DNA of 64,000 nt from Candidatus Moraniibacteriota bacterium (GTDB lineage Bacteria; Patescibacteriota; Minisyncoccia; Moranbacterales; UBA2206). The stretch spans positions 196,095-260,094 of the forward strand of contig JAUSNP010000006.1 in NCBI GenBank assembly GCA_030645735.1. The letters are read 5' to 3'. The notes beneath the pieces are model-generated. The model did not search any database. It saw nothing but the letters and a program-made list of their open reading frames with translations, and had not been told where the DNA came from. Both the position numbers and the translations under genes were made by a program. This document shows positions 1 through 9,908 of this stretch, piece by piece (within the stretch, counting starts at the first letter, position 1; each line of letters begins with the position of its first letter).

Positions 1-487
1 TATCTATGTGACCACTACTGGAAATCGGGACATCATCACTGTCTCACATATGGAACAAATGAAAGATGAGGCAATTGTCTGCAACATTGGACATTTTGAC
101 AATGAAATTCAAGTTGAAAAGTTAGAGAAATACAAAGGCATCAAAGAAATAAATATCAAACCGCAAGTGGATAAATTCGTATTTCCAGACGGACATGCAA
201 TTGTACTTCTTTCCCGCGGTCGTTTAGTGAATCTCGGAAACGCAACTGGCCATCCAAGCTTTGTGATGAGTGCTTCTTTCACTAATCAAGTGTTGGCACA
301 AATCAATCTTTGGGAGAAAAAATATGCAATCGGTGTTTATACCTTACCAAAAGAACTAGATGAAGAAGTGGCACGACTACACTTGAAAAACCTTGGCGTG
401 TCTTTGACAAAACTGACCAAGACACAAGCTGATTACATTGATGTCTCTATTGACGGTCCCTACAAACCGGAACGCTATCGCTATTAA
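1..487 (+). CDS. ahcY: Adenosylhomocysteinase, C-terminal part (5' end lies outside the window)
   Basis: Signature motifs [31 protein letters not shown] and [14 protein letters not shown]; ends [10 protein letters not shown]. Confidence 0.97.
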   Translation, partial: IYVTTTGNRDIITVSHMEQMKDEAIVCNIGHFDNEIQVEKLEKYKGIKEINIKPQVDKFVFPDGHAIVLLSRGRLVNLGNATGHPSFVMSASFTNQVLAQINLWEKKYAIGVYTLPKELDEEVARLHLKNLGVSLTKLTKTQADYIDVSIDGPYKPERYRY

Positions 488-547
488 AATTACTTTTATA
501 TAAACCGTAGATAAATGGACAAGCTATAGCATACTTTTGGAAGGGTG

Positions 548-556
548 TGCTATAAT
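548..556 (+). promoter_or_regulatory. Extended -10 promoter for the riboswitch-metK transcript
   Basis: TGCTATAAT about 25 nt upstream of the riboswitch. Confidence 0.7.
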
Positions 557-581
557 TGTATTACCTTACAATTTAATAAAT

Positions 582-705
582 ATTTATCAAGAGCGATGGT
601 AGAGCACTGGCTCACTGACCCATCCAGCAACCGTCTCGAAATGACTTTCGGGAAAGGGTGCTAATTCCAGCTCGGCTTGCTAGCGCTTTCCGAGAAGAGA
701 TAAAT
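582..705 (+). ncRNA. SAM-I (S-box) riboswitch
   Basis: P1 ATTTATC/GATAAAT with ATCAAGAG; P2 GATGG/CCATC with ACTGG loop able to pseudoknot to CCAG; P3 AGCAACC...GGTGCT followed by AATTCC; P4 CTCGG/CCGAG; directly upstream of metK. Confidence 0.95.
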
Positions 706-721
706 GGTCGATTTTTTATTT

Positions 722-755
722 TCTCTTTCTCGATGAAGGAGATTTTTTTATTTTT
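722..755 (+). terminator. Riboswitch expression-platform terminator
   Basis: TCTCTTTC-TCGAT-GAAGGAGA hairpin followed by T-runs, before the metK ATG. Confidence 0.6.
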
Positions 756-767
756 AATGTTAAATTT

Positions 768-1814
768 ATGTTCTACAAACCCAAAACATACACTGTGGAA
801 AGCGTTACTTCTGGTCATCCGGACAAAGTCTGTGATCAAATTTCCGATGCTATCCTGGACGCGTGTCTGAGAGTTGATCCAATGAGTCGCGTGGCGGTGG
901 AAACTTTTGGCGGTCATGGCACGCTACTTATTGGTGGCGAGGTCACAACAACCGCCGATGTTGATTTCGCTAAGATAGCTAGAGATGTATACAAGAAAAT
1001 TGGCTACGATCAAGATTTGGATATTTTGGTGAAAATCGTCAAACAATCACCAGACATTTCCCAAGGCGTGGACACGGGCGGGGCTGGAGATCAAGGCATC
1101 ATGTATGGTTATGCAACCGATGAGACTAAAGAGTTTATGCCCCTAGCGGTGGTGCAAGTTCATGCACTAGCGAAAAAACTGGAAGAACTGCGAAAAAATA
1201 ATCCAGCTTTTTCTTGGATGCGACCAGATGGAAAAACACAAATCAGCGTGCAGGATGGAAAAATATCTTCCGTGCTAGTGAGTTGCCAGCATGCTGAAAA
1301 TATTGACAGCGCGCAAATTCGCAAACAAATCATTGAACATGTCATCACTCCAATTATCGGAGATATCTCTGAAATTGAAATATTTATCAATCCAACTGGC
1401 CGATTCGTGCAAGGCGGTTTTGAAGGAGACACCGGACTCACAGGCAGAAAAATCATGGTGGACACCTATTGCGGTTTAGTGCCACACGGCGGAGGCGCTT
1501 TTTCCGGCAAAGATTCCACGAAAGTTGATCACAGTGCCGCCTACATGGCGCGCTTTGTCGCCAAGCAAATGGTAGCCCAAGGCCACGCCAAAGAATGCCT
1601 AGTCAGCGTGGCTTATGCTATTGGAAAAGCTGAACCGCTTATGGTTGAAGCGCTGAATGAAAAAGGTGAAAGCCTCGCGGAAATTGTCAAAAAGACTTTT
1701 GATTTCCGCCCACAAGCCATCATCAAAACACTTAATCTTCGCTCACCCATCTTTCAAAACACCGCAGCATATGGACATTTTGGGAAAGATGGTTTTCCGT
1801 GGGAGAAAATATAG
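768..1814 (+). CDS. metK: S-adenosylmethionine synthetase
   Basis: ESVTSGHPDKVCDQISD, GAGDQG, GLTGRKIMVDTY and GGGAFSGKD motifs. Confidence 0.98.
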   Translation: MFYKPKTYTVESVTSGHPDKVCDQISDAILDACLRVDPMSRVAVETFGGHGTLLIGGEVTTTADVDFAKIARDVYKKIGYDQDLDILVKIVKQSPDISQGVDTGGAGDQGIMYGYATDETKEFMPLAVVQVHALAKKLEELRKNNPAFSWMRPDGKTQISVQDGKISSVLVSCQHAENIDSAQIRKQIIEHVITPIIGDISEIEIFINPTGRFVQGGFEGDTGLTGRKIMVDTYCGLVPHGGGAFSGKDSTKVDHSAAYMARFVAKQMVAQGHAKECLVSVAYAIGKAEPLMVEALNEKGESLAEIVKKTFDFRPQAIIKTLNLRSPIFQNTAAYGHFGKDGFPWEKI

Positions 1815-1855
1815 ATACGCTACTTTGAATTGTATATCATATAAAAAGATACACT

Positions 1856-1885
1856 AAAAAAAATCGGAGCTTAGCTCCGATTTTT
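1856..1885. terminator. Bidirectional intrinsic terminator
   Basis: AAAAAAAATCGGAGC-TTA-GCTCCGATTTTT between convergent genes. Confidence 0.85.
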
Positions 1886-3029
1886 AATGTTTAATGATGC
1901 TTTTTTCCAACAAATCAATCGAGTTATTCCAATCCCATTTTTTAGTAGTTTCAAGTCCGGTTGTAATCAACTTATTTCGCAAAGATTCGTCAGATATTAA
2001 TCTCTCAATTGCTTTTTTAGCACTTTCAATATCCTCCACTATCAAACAATTTTCACCATCAACAGCATACTCCTCAATGCCAGTTACCCTTCTAATCACA
2101 GCCACGCCTCCGCAGGCCATCATTTCCAGTGGTGGGTAACAAAAACTTTCCACCTTACTCATTTTCAACAAGATATCACAGGAAGAATATATTTTTGGCA
2201 TATCTTGCAAAGAAACATTTTCAAAAAATCTATCATATTTCCAATCTCTTCTAGGCTTTCCATTGTTGCTCACTATCCAAAGTTCACAATCCAAATCCTT
2301 GACCACCGCATAAGCATCATCCATGCCTTTATATGAAATATTGATTCCGCCTTCAATCAAAATCCGAATCTTGTTGGCTTTCGGCTCAATGGCTTCCGTC
2401 TTGTGAAACATATTCAAATCCAGACCATTCGGCACACAATGAGCATCTTGTCCGAATTCTTTTTTCAGCCATTCCTGAAGCCAAGAAACCGCCACCACAT
2501 ATTCCAACGGGAGTTCATATGTTTTTTTTATTTTTTTAGTTAATTCCGCATCTTCTGGAAAAAAACGACTTTCATCTGATTGCACAAAATATAGTTTTCT
2601 TTTTGCTTTGGACATATCCACTGAAAATGCTGTGCTATAGGCGGTCGCAATCAACACATCCGCTTCATCACTCTCCAATATCTCTTGTGTTTGGCTGTAT
2701 GGCAGAATTTCCACTTCTTGATTTGGAAACCAACTCCCATCGTTGCTATTATTGAGCGACAAGATCTTGACATCATATCCTCTTTGCAACAATCCATTTG
2801 CATGTTGAAATACAACCGCAATTCCGCCAGAAATTTTCACCCCCGGAACCAAATAAAAAATCTTTTGCTCTTTTGCATTTTTTTCTATAAAACTGGCCGT
2901 TGTCTTTCTATCTGCATTAAACTTTTCCCATCTGGCATACTCTCCGTCAAAAAAGAAACGAGTCTTGATCGTTTTGTCATTCAAGCACAAATAGCTCTTT
3001 TTCAAAAATAACCTTATTTTTTGATTCAT
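1884..3029 (-). CDS. Glycosyltransferase family 4 (GT-B)
   Basis: SGG N-terminal motif; ESFCYPPLEMMACG (EX7E). Confidence 0.9.
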   Translation of the reverse strand: MNQKIRLFLKKSYLCLNDKTIKTRFFFDGEYARWEKFNADRKTTASFIEKNAKEQKIFYLVPGVKISGGIAVVFQHANGLLQRGYDVKILSLNNSNDGSWFPNQEVEILPYSQTQEILESDEADVLIATAYSTAFSVDMSKAKRKLYFVQSDESRFFPEDAELTKKIKKTYELPLEYVVAVSWLQEWLKKEFGQDAHCVPNGLDLNMFHKTEAIEPKANKIRILIEGGINISYKGMDDAYAVVKDLDCELWIVSNNGKPRRDWKYDRFFENVSLQDMPKIYSSCDILLKMSKVESFCYPPLEMMACGGVAVIRRVTGIEEYAVDGENCLIVEDIESAKKAIERLISDESLRNKLITTGLETTKKWDWNNSIDLLEKSIIKH

Positions 3030-3035
3030 ACCGAA

Positions 3036-4007
3036 TTAACCTAAATATTTTTTCAAAAATTTTATTGGAGAAAATAACATAAACTGCAATTTAGATTTGA
3101 TTTCATTGTTATCAGAGATATGCCATGCCTTTGAATAATCAATTTCTGATTTATTATTTTTCAACCTATTCTCATTAGCTTTTTTGTTGGCAAATTTCAT
3201 CGCTTCTGTATACGGAGTTTGCTTCAAAAAAAACACCATCTTTTTATAAAAATTTGCCTCATTTCCCTCCAGTCTTCTTTTTGTTTCCATTGGCAATTCC
3301 TGCATCATCTTGATCCATAAAGCGTTACCTTCAACAACAACTTTTGGACTTATACTGGAAGCTTGAGATTTATGAACTCTATATTTGGCCAACACCGCTG
3401 GGAGATGAATGAACTTATATGTTTTCATCATTTCAAACCACTTTGCATAATCCTGAGTACATTTCAATTTCTCATCAAAAAAACCATATTGATCAAAAGC
3501 CTTCTTTGGTATTAGCAATGTGTTGCCATTTATGTGGCCATGAAACAAGGCATACTCGGGTTTGGACATCAGCATCTTATGATCCAATCTCATTGTTTTT
3601 ATTTTCCTTGCATTTTCATCTATGAATTCAAAATCTGAATATAATATAACATTCCTATCTTTCAGGGTTGCTAGAATTTCTATCTGCTTTTCAAGCCTAT
3701 TAGGCAAAAACAAATCATCATGGCTAAGCCACGAAAAATATTCGCCTTTCATTTCTTTGAGAGCTAAATTCAAAGCCGAAGATACTCCACCATTTTCCTT
3801 GGCAAAGTATCTAATTTTATCCCCATAAGATTTAGCGATTTTTTCCGTATCATCAGTTGATCCATCATTAACAATAATAGTCTCAATATTAACATATGTC
3901 TGAGCAGAAACGCTTTCTATGGCTTCCCTTAAATAATTAGCACCATTAAAAACTGGTATAATTATGGAAACTAATGGGTTAAATTTTTGATTATTAGATT
4001 GCAACAT
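3036..4007 (-). CDS. Glycosyltransferase family 2
   Basis: VSIIIPVFN, VNDGSTD, ENGGVSSALN, WLSHDD. Confidence 0.93.
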   Translation of the reverse strand: MLQSNNQKFNPLVSIIIPVFNGANYLREAIESVSAQTYVNIETIIVNDGSTDDTEKIAKSYGDKIRYFAKENGGVSSALNLALKEMKGEYFSWLSHDDLFLPNRLEKQIEILATLKDRNVILYSDFEFIDENARKIKTMRLDHKMLMSKPEYALFHGHINGNTLLIPKKAFDQYGFFDEKLKCTQDYAKWFEMMKTYKFIHLPAVLAKYRVHKSQASSISPKVVVEGNALWIKMMQELPMETKRRLEGNEANFYKKMVFFLKQTPYTEAMKFANKKANENRLKNNKSEIDYSKAWHISDNNEIKSKLQFMLFSPIKFLKKYLG

Positions 4008-4019
4008 TTTGTAAATATT

Positions 4020-5117
4020 CTAATTTGTAGTTTTATCAATCATCACTATTTTCTTAAATTTAAATCGTAATATATCCGCTATATTTAGAATAAAAGGTGT
4101 TAAAATAAAATACAATTTTACCCGCAACGCTTCCACTGCAAGAGCAACTATCGCAACAAGAAAAATAAAAGATAAATCAATCAAAAAATAATACTTACTA
4201 CCAAAAAATATAGTGTACGGTAAAAATTTTTGCAAAAATGTAATAAAAAATACATGTATAATATATCCGCCATACACTAAGCCACCAATATAATTTATAA
4301 TTTCACTATTAAATTTCAATCTATAGAAAAAAAGAAACAGAAATATTCCCTGAATAACAATAAACAAAGAAGATAATTCCACATAATTAAGCGTGGTCTT
4401 ACTGGAATTGAAAATACAATATACAAATATAGATATAGGTATAATCATATAACCCAATAAAAAAAATTGTTTTTTAACCTTAATTTCATATTTACCAAAA
4501 TAAGCGCCTACAACATAAATCGCAATAAAAAGAAAAATGCGAGAACTTACTCCCAATAATCCAGTAAATAAGTGCTTATCAAGAAACAACGATGTTGTAG
4601 GATTAATTGTGGAAACAAATAATAGCAAAAGGAATAAATACAAATGCTGCTTCCTTGAACAGTACAATAAGAGCTTATTTATGTAAGGAATGAATAATGC
4701 TAAAATAACCAAGACCACGATGTACCATAAGTGATAAAAAGCACCTACCAAAGAGATGACATCACCAAAGACAAAAATAATTTTTTTAAAAATATCTCCA
4801 TGTATCGGAAGAATGGTCGAATAATCAAACAAAAACAATGCTGGTGCATATATTAAAAAAGGTGCTCCTAATTTCTTAAAATATTTTTTAATATTAAATT
4901 CTTTATTCACCATCAAAAAACCCGATATTAAAATGAAACCAATAACAGCAGGAGCGACAGAAATCCTCATTAGTGATGCATAATACCATGGAAATGAATT
5001 CTGTTGCATGCCACCACTTTTAAGAACGAGCCCCATAGTTGTTACATGTATTGAAATAACCATCAAGAATAACACTATTCTGAATAATTCGATATTGGAT
5101 TTAATTTTTATCATCAA
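4020..5117 (-). CDS. Membrane O-acyltransferase (Acyl_transf_3/OafA-like)
   Basis: R..L..VISIH, FILISGF, HLWYI and YIIH motifs; about 10 hydrophobic segments. Confidence 0.88.
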   Translation of the reverse strand: MMIKIKSNIELFRIVLFLMVISIHVTTMGLVLKSGGMQQNSFPWYYASLMRISVAPAVIGFILISGFLMVNKEFNIKKYFKKLGAPFLIYAPALFLFDYSTILPIHGDIFKKIIFVFGDVISLVGAFYHLWYIVVLVILALFIPYINKLLLYCSRKQHLYLFLLLLFVSTINPTTSLFLDKHLFTGLLGVSSRIFLFIAIYVVGAYFGKYEIKVKKQFFLLGYMIIPISIFVYCIFNSSKTTLNYVELSSLFIVIQGIFLFLFFYRLKFNSEIINYIGGLVYGGYIIHVFFITFLQKFLPYTIFFGSKYYFLIDLSFIFLVAIVALAVEALRVKLYFILTPFILNIADILRFKFKKIVMIDKTTN

Positions 5118-5155
5118 CTTAAATTTAAATAAATATAACTAATTGACTAGAAAAT

Positions 5156-7606
5156 TTATTTCATTCCTATTTTCTTAAGATACTTTTTTATTTTATTGCC
5201 ATAACGAACTGCCCTGCAACTTGCTAATCTATCGTAAGTCATTTGCACATGCTGATACTGTAACTGCAACTGTTTTTTCTCATCTTGCAAATTATTGTTT
5301 TCTTTTTGCAATTGCGCTTTCTCAGATTGCAATACTATATTATCAGGACTATGCAATTTGCTTAAAATCAATTCTCGCTCTAAAAGTTCCACCTTATTGC
5401 AATCAGGCTTAGTTATTTTTAAACTATTGATTAAAAATTTTAGAGACTTTTCTTTTTCAATATCCAAGATTTTATGCACCATATTATAATCAATCAATTC
5501 TTTATAAATATCCAAATTTGTAATATCATCTATGCTTTTTAGAAACCTATTTTTAATATTTAAGGTAGTCAGTAAACTTTCAAGTCTATTATTTCCAGCA
5601 TAATCTCTAGCAATAACAATAAATTGCTTTTTGAATATGATTGCAAATATTACGCAATGATAGGAATCGGTTATGACAAATTCGCTATTCTTAATATAGT
5701 TCAACCAATGGGAAACACTATGATATACAAATCTTTTTTTACCAAATATTTCTTTTTCTATGCCTCTAATGTTCAAGAGGTTGCCATTCATTTTTTCAAT
5801 AACATTGGTCACGAATGGATTTATTTTTATAGCCTCTTCCAATTTTTCATCTAAGCTAAAATATGCTATATATTTTTCGGTGTGCTCCTCGATAATATCA
5901 TCATTTATTATTTCCTGATATCCACTCTCGTCTATTAGAAAAGTTGGATCTAACACGCATTGCGCATCAAAACCAAAAATATTTTTGCAAATATCAACAC
6001 CTTCTTTTTCACGTACAGATATCGCTGAAAAATTCGTTAGTGCATCCTTAACTTTTTTTATCTCATCAATTGTTCCTTTCCAATGGGTCTCAGCAAAGCT
6101 GGGTGCATAGGAAAAGATATTTTTTGAAGGAAAGACAAAATTTAAAAAATATTTTCCAATATCATTCTTAAATACATTACTTAGATAATTATAATTCCAG
6201 ACTTGATCACTGCCGACTACAAAAGTATCAAATTGCTCGTTCAATTTAACCAAATCATTATCGGTCTTGCATACATGTGTCGTTTTGATAAAATTTTCTC
6301 TAAATTTATAAAATCCTATCGCGCATAATTTATCCTCCTTGCTTTCAGGAATTTCAGAAATATAATTAATTATTTTTGCAGTATAGCCAAGATTTTCAAT
6401 ACTTTTCCACAATGCAAATGCCTGCAATGTTGCACCAAAATTACGGCTAGGGAGTCGCATATTGAAAATTCCCACGCAATTTTTCACTTTATCACCTTCA
6501 TTATTCAGATGCTTGGATATCAAATCTCCAATATTACCATCATGCATCAATAATTCTTCAAAAAATTCTTCTCTCTTGGGATGTTTATCGCATGGCAGAC
6601 TCAATGCAAGATTCCCCTGATGAGCTATAGCAAGAGGAACCTTCTCTGCGATTATTTTAGTTTTTATTTCATTAAAAACAGATTCCCCTTTTGCGCTATT
6701 TACTAAAATCAATGAGGTGCCTTTATCATCATCCAATTCATTCTTATAACTACCTATGGCCCAAAAATCCCCCAATGTTATATCTGATTGCCTCGGAAGT
6801 GTCGCAAATGGACAATTGGTACATAGAGGTTTAAGATATAAATTCCCCAAAAATCCTCTTCCAAAGACATCACCATTATTCATTATTTCTTTATGGATTG
6901 TATTATTATTTTCATCATTCATTGAAAAACTGTATGTTTTCCATCCCGTTGATTTGTCTCGAAATTCTATTTTTCTAACCCTTTCGCCAGTTAACTTCTC
7001 AACATCTTTCATATATTTATCAAAAACCAATGGCGAAGGAGTGCCATGACACATCACATCAACAGTGACCAATTTCTCATAATCTTCCTGCAAAAAAGCA
7101 CAAAGTCCAGCAACCTGGCATGGGGTTCCCACAAACAAAACCCAGTTATCCTCTTGGAGCAGTTTTTTGATGTCCAAAAATATGTCGCCAATTTCACTTT
7201 GTAGATACTTTGAGCCTCGCAATTTAGGCAAATCATTCTCGTCAGCTATTATTACATGTCTCAGTTTGTTATCAGCATCAAATCCAGCTCCACAAACAAA
7301 ACCATTCTTACTGAAAATATATTTCGCGATAATGGAAAATAGACCTCCTGACGAAGAATTTTTCCTAATAAACTCATCCTTACTCCACCCAGCATAGCAG
7401 GCAGGATCTGCACTTTGATTTTTTTTGATGTATTTATTGAGAACAGGGCAGGTTTTTCTGCATAAATTACAACTTGTGCATTTTACTTCATCGATAATAG
7501 GATACAAAAAACCTTCAATGTCTTTCTGCATTGAGATTGCTCCACTTGGACAAACACTATAGCAAGCGCTACATCCAGAACATTTATTTTTTGGAACTAT
7601 TTGCAT
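5156..7606 (-). CDS. Fusion protein: 2x[4Fe-4S] ferredoxin + F420-hydrogenase beta (FrhB)-like domain + polysaccharide pyruvyltransferase-family domain + coiled-coil tail
   Basis: CSGCSACYSVCP, CTSCNLCRKTCP, SSSGG, GTPCQ, CHG, DITLGDFW; then NFGATLQ, GSDQVWN, SVRE, LDPT, TDSYH. Confidence 0.9.
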   Translation of the reverse strand: MQIVPKNKCSGCSACYSVCPSGAISMQKDIEGFLYPIIDEVKCTSCNLCRKTCPVLNKYIKKNQSADPACYAGWSKDEFIRKNSSSGGLFSIIAKYIFSKNGFVCGAGFDADNKLRHVIIADENDLPKLRGSKYLQSEIGDIFLDIKKLLQEDNWVLFVGTPCQVAGLCAFLQEDYEKLVTVDVMCHGTPSPLVFDKYMKDVEKLTGERVRKIEFRDKSTGWKTYSFSMNDENNNTIHKEIMNNGDVFGRGFLGNLYLKPLCTNCPFATLPRQSDITLGDFWAIGSYKNELDDDKGTSLILVNSAKGESVFNEIKTKIIAEKVPLAIAHQGNLALSLPCDKHPKREEFFEELLMHDGNIGDLISKHLNNEGDKVKNCVGIFNMRLPSRNFGATLQAFALWKSIENLGYTAKIINYISEIPESKEDKLCAIGFYKFRENFIKTTHVCKTDNDLVKLNEQFDTFVVGSDQVWNYNYLSNVFKNDIGKYFLNFVFPSKNIFSYAPSFAETHWKGTIDEIKKVKDALTNFSAISVREKEGVDICKNIFGFDAQCVLDPTFLIDESGYQEIINDDIIEEHTEKYIAYFSLDEKLEEAIKINPFVTNVIEKMNGNLLNIRGIEKEIFGKKRFVYHSVSHWLNYIKNSEFVITDSYHCVIFAIIFKKQFIVIARDYAGNNRLESLLTTLNIKNRFLKSIDDITNLDIYKELIDYNMVHKILDIEKEKSLKFLINSLKITKPDCNKVELLERELILSKLHSPDNIVLQSEKAQLQKENNNLQDEKKQLQLQYQHVQMTYDRLASCRAVRYGNKIKKYLKKIGMK

Positions 7607-7640
7607 ATTGTAGAAAAAATCATTTACCTCATTTTAAAAT

Positions 7641-9893
7641 TTACATTTTTTTATAAATTTTATAATAAATAATTTTAAATAAATTAAACATTGCTTTTCT
7701 AAAAGTAGTTCTGATTTTTTTAGGAATATGATTTTTATTTCTAAACACCGTGGATACAGGAAGATGAGAACAAATATACAATTCCCACTTTAAATACTCC
7801 CTGCTAAATCCTGATTCAATTGTATTATCGTTGCATATTAACCCCGTGGTTGTATTCTTTTTTAATTGTTGCAAAATCAATTCAGAGCTTTTATCAAGAT
7901 GATGATTTGACATTACTTCACCATAAATACTAATCATTTTTTTCACATAAATATCTTTGGAATAATTCTCCTTCGCAAACTCTAAGGATTTTTTACCTCG
8001 CTCAATAATTTCTTTAGGATTATCAATCAATTTTTGCAACTCTTCTGCAAAATATTTTTCACTAACCGCTAAACCACAACCTGGTGAATTAACAACCTCG
8101 GGTAATGCCGAGCCATCACTTTCTAGTGCCAACACCATCTTGCCACAACTCATAGCCTCAATTGCCATCATGCCAAATGTTTCCTGCCTAGAAGGCATTA
8201 GGAATATGTCACAAGCCTGATATAGTCTTGCCAACAATTTATCATCTTTAATCCAGCCATATTCGATGATATTAAATTTATCCTCAAATCCTTTTAACAA
8301 CCCTTTTTGTCCAACAGTAATTAATGTGATTGTTTTCAAATTTTTTAGTCGCGCTAGGGCGTGCTTTATTATATCTAGACCCTTGTACGAGCCAGCATCA
8401 GCTCTAAACATAATAGTAATTGATTTTTCCTGGATGTTAAATTTTGCTTTTGCTAATTTAATATCTACAGCATCAAACAATTTTTGATTAACACCAAATG
8501 GCAGTAAATAAGCCTTTTTTCCTTGCCAAATTGGTGATTGTTCAACTTTATTTTTCATCCAATTTGATGCTACGACAGCCGTAATTTGTGAATTTTGAAT
8601 AGCCTGCTTTTTTAATTCAAAATTTAATGCACTAATATCCTTATCAAGTACAAATGGCTCATTGATATATGAACAGTCCTTGCAATGAACTTGCCATTTT
8701 TTACAATCAAAATGGTGCACGCAATGGCCACCCAAAAAAAATGGATCATGCAATGATAAAATAGTAGGTTTTAATTTAGTCATAATCGGCAAATAATTCA
8801 AGTCTATAATGTTGTGAATTAGATGCAGATGCACAATATCCGATTCAAAAAATATTCTCTCTTGTATCAAGCCCTTTGTAGCGTCTTTAGTATTGAAATC
8901 ATAAGCATATGTGTTGAAATCATCAGACTCTTTAAATAAAACTAACTGTTTAGAATCTATTGCGTTTTTACGTAAATCCAGATGTAAATCATAGCCATTG
9001 AACTTATTTCCGATTAAATCATAGGAAGAAATTTGTAAATTTTTCACTATTTTTTTCTCTATATATTCTAGGGCTATACTATATTCTGCACACTGAAAGA
9101 AATCACGCATATCATGATAAAAAGTCAACTTATCTGAAGCAAGTAATTTTATATCTTCATCAGTTAAATTATTTATTACTGAGATAAATAACGCGCTGTA
9201 TTCCTCATTACCACGACTCTTACTCCGGATTCCTTGCCTCTTTGAAGAATCGCGAGCCGTAACCAACACTTCAGATATTAATTTGTGAGGAAATTTTAAA
9301 AAGGCTCTATAGAAAAATTCAAAATCTTGAGCAACCAACTGACTTTCATCAAACAAGCCAACCGTATCAAAACACACCTTGGGTATTAGCAACGTGCAAC
9401 CATGAGTTTGATTATAAATAACTGGATGAATATTTGATTTTAATCTTGGAGGATATTTGTCTATATGTTTTGCGTAATCAGTCTGATATATTTTTTTATA
9501 TTTTTCATTTATACCATCAAGATCAGACATTATGATAGTGTCTCTATTTTCCAGCTTACTCAACTCATCAACTTGCCGTGCAATCTTAGTTGGATAATAC
9601 ATATCATCGTGGCTTAACCATGAAAAATAGCTACCCTTCATATTTTTTATCCCAACATTCAATGCTGTCGTAGTTCCACCATTTTCTTTTGAAAAATATC
9701 GCACCTTATCCCCATATGATTTAACTATCTCTTCAGTATTGTCTTTCGAACCATCATTAACAACTATAATTTCAATATTTTTATATGTTTGGGCAAGCGC
9801 ACTGTCAATAGCCTCTCTCACATAGTTTGAACCATTATACACTGGTATAACTATTGATATTAAGGGATTGAAATTAATTGTTACCATAATCAT
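7641..9893 (-). CDS. Bifunctional GT2 + GT4 glycosyltransferase
   Basis: N-terminal ISIVIPVYN/NDGS/LSHDD; C-terminal LHD...GHC, CxxC and ETFGMMAIEAM. Confidence 0.9.
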   Translation of the reverse strand: MIMVTINFNPLISIVIPVYNGSNYVREAIDSALAQTYKNIEIIVVNDGSKDNTEEIVKSYGDKVRYFSKENGGTTTALNVGIKNMKGSYFSWLSHDDMYYPTKIARQVDELSKLENRDTIIMSDLDGINEKYKKIYQTDYAKHIDKYPPRLKSNIHPVIYNQTHGCTLLIPKVCFDTVGLFDESQLVAQDFEFFYRAFLKFPHKLISEVLVTARDSSKRQGIRSKSRGNEEYSALFISVINNLTDEDIKLLASDKLTFYHDMRDFFQCAEYSIALEYIEKKIVKNLQISSYDLIGNKFNGYDLHLDLRKNAIDSKQLVLFKESDDFNTYAYDFNTKDATKGLIQERIFFESDIVHLHLIHNIIDLNYLPIMTKLKPTILSLHDPFFLGGHCVHHFDCKKWQVHCKDCSYINEPFVLDKDISALNFELKKQAIQNSQITAVVASNWMKNKVEQSPIWQGKKAYLLPFGVNQKLFDAVDIKLAKAKFNIQEKSITIMFRADAGSYKGLDIIKHALARLKNLKTITLITVGQKGLLKGFEDKFNIIEYGWIKDDKLLARLYQACDIFLMPSRQETFGMMAIEAMSCGKMVLALESDGSALPEVVNSPGCGLAVSEKYFAEELQKLIDNPKEIIERGKKSLEFAKENYSKDIYVKKMISIYGEVMSNHHLDKSSELILQQLKKNTTTGLICNDNTIESGFSREYLKWELYICSHLPVSTVFRNKNHIPKKIRTTFRKAMFNLFKIIYYKIYKKM

Positions 9894-9908
9894 TGTGTTA
9901 CAAATTAT

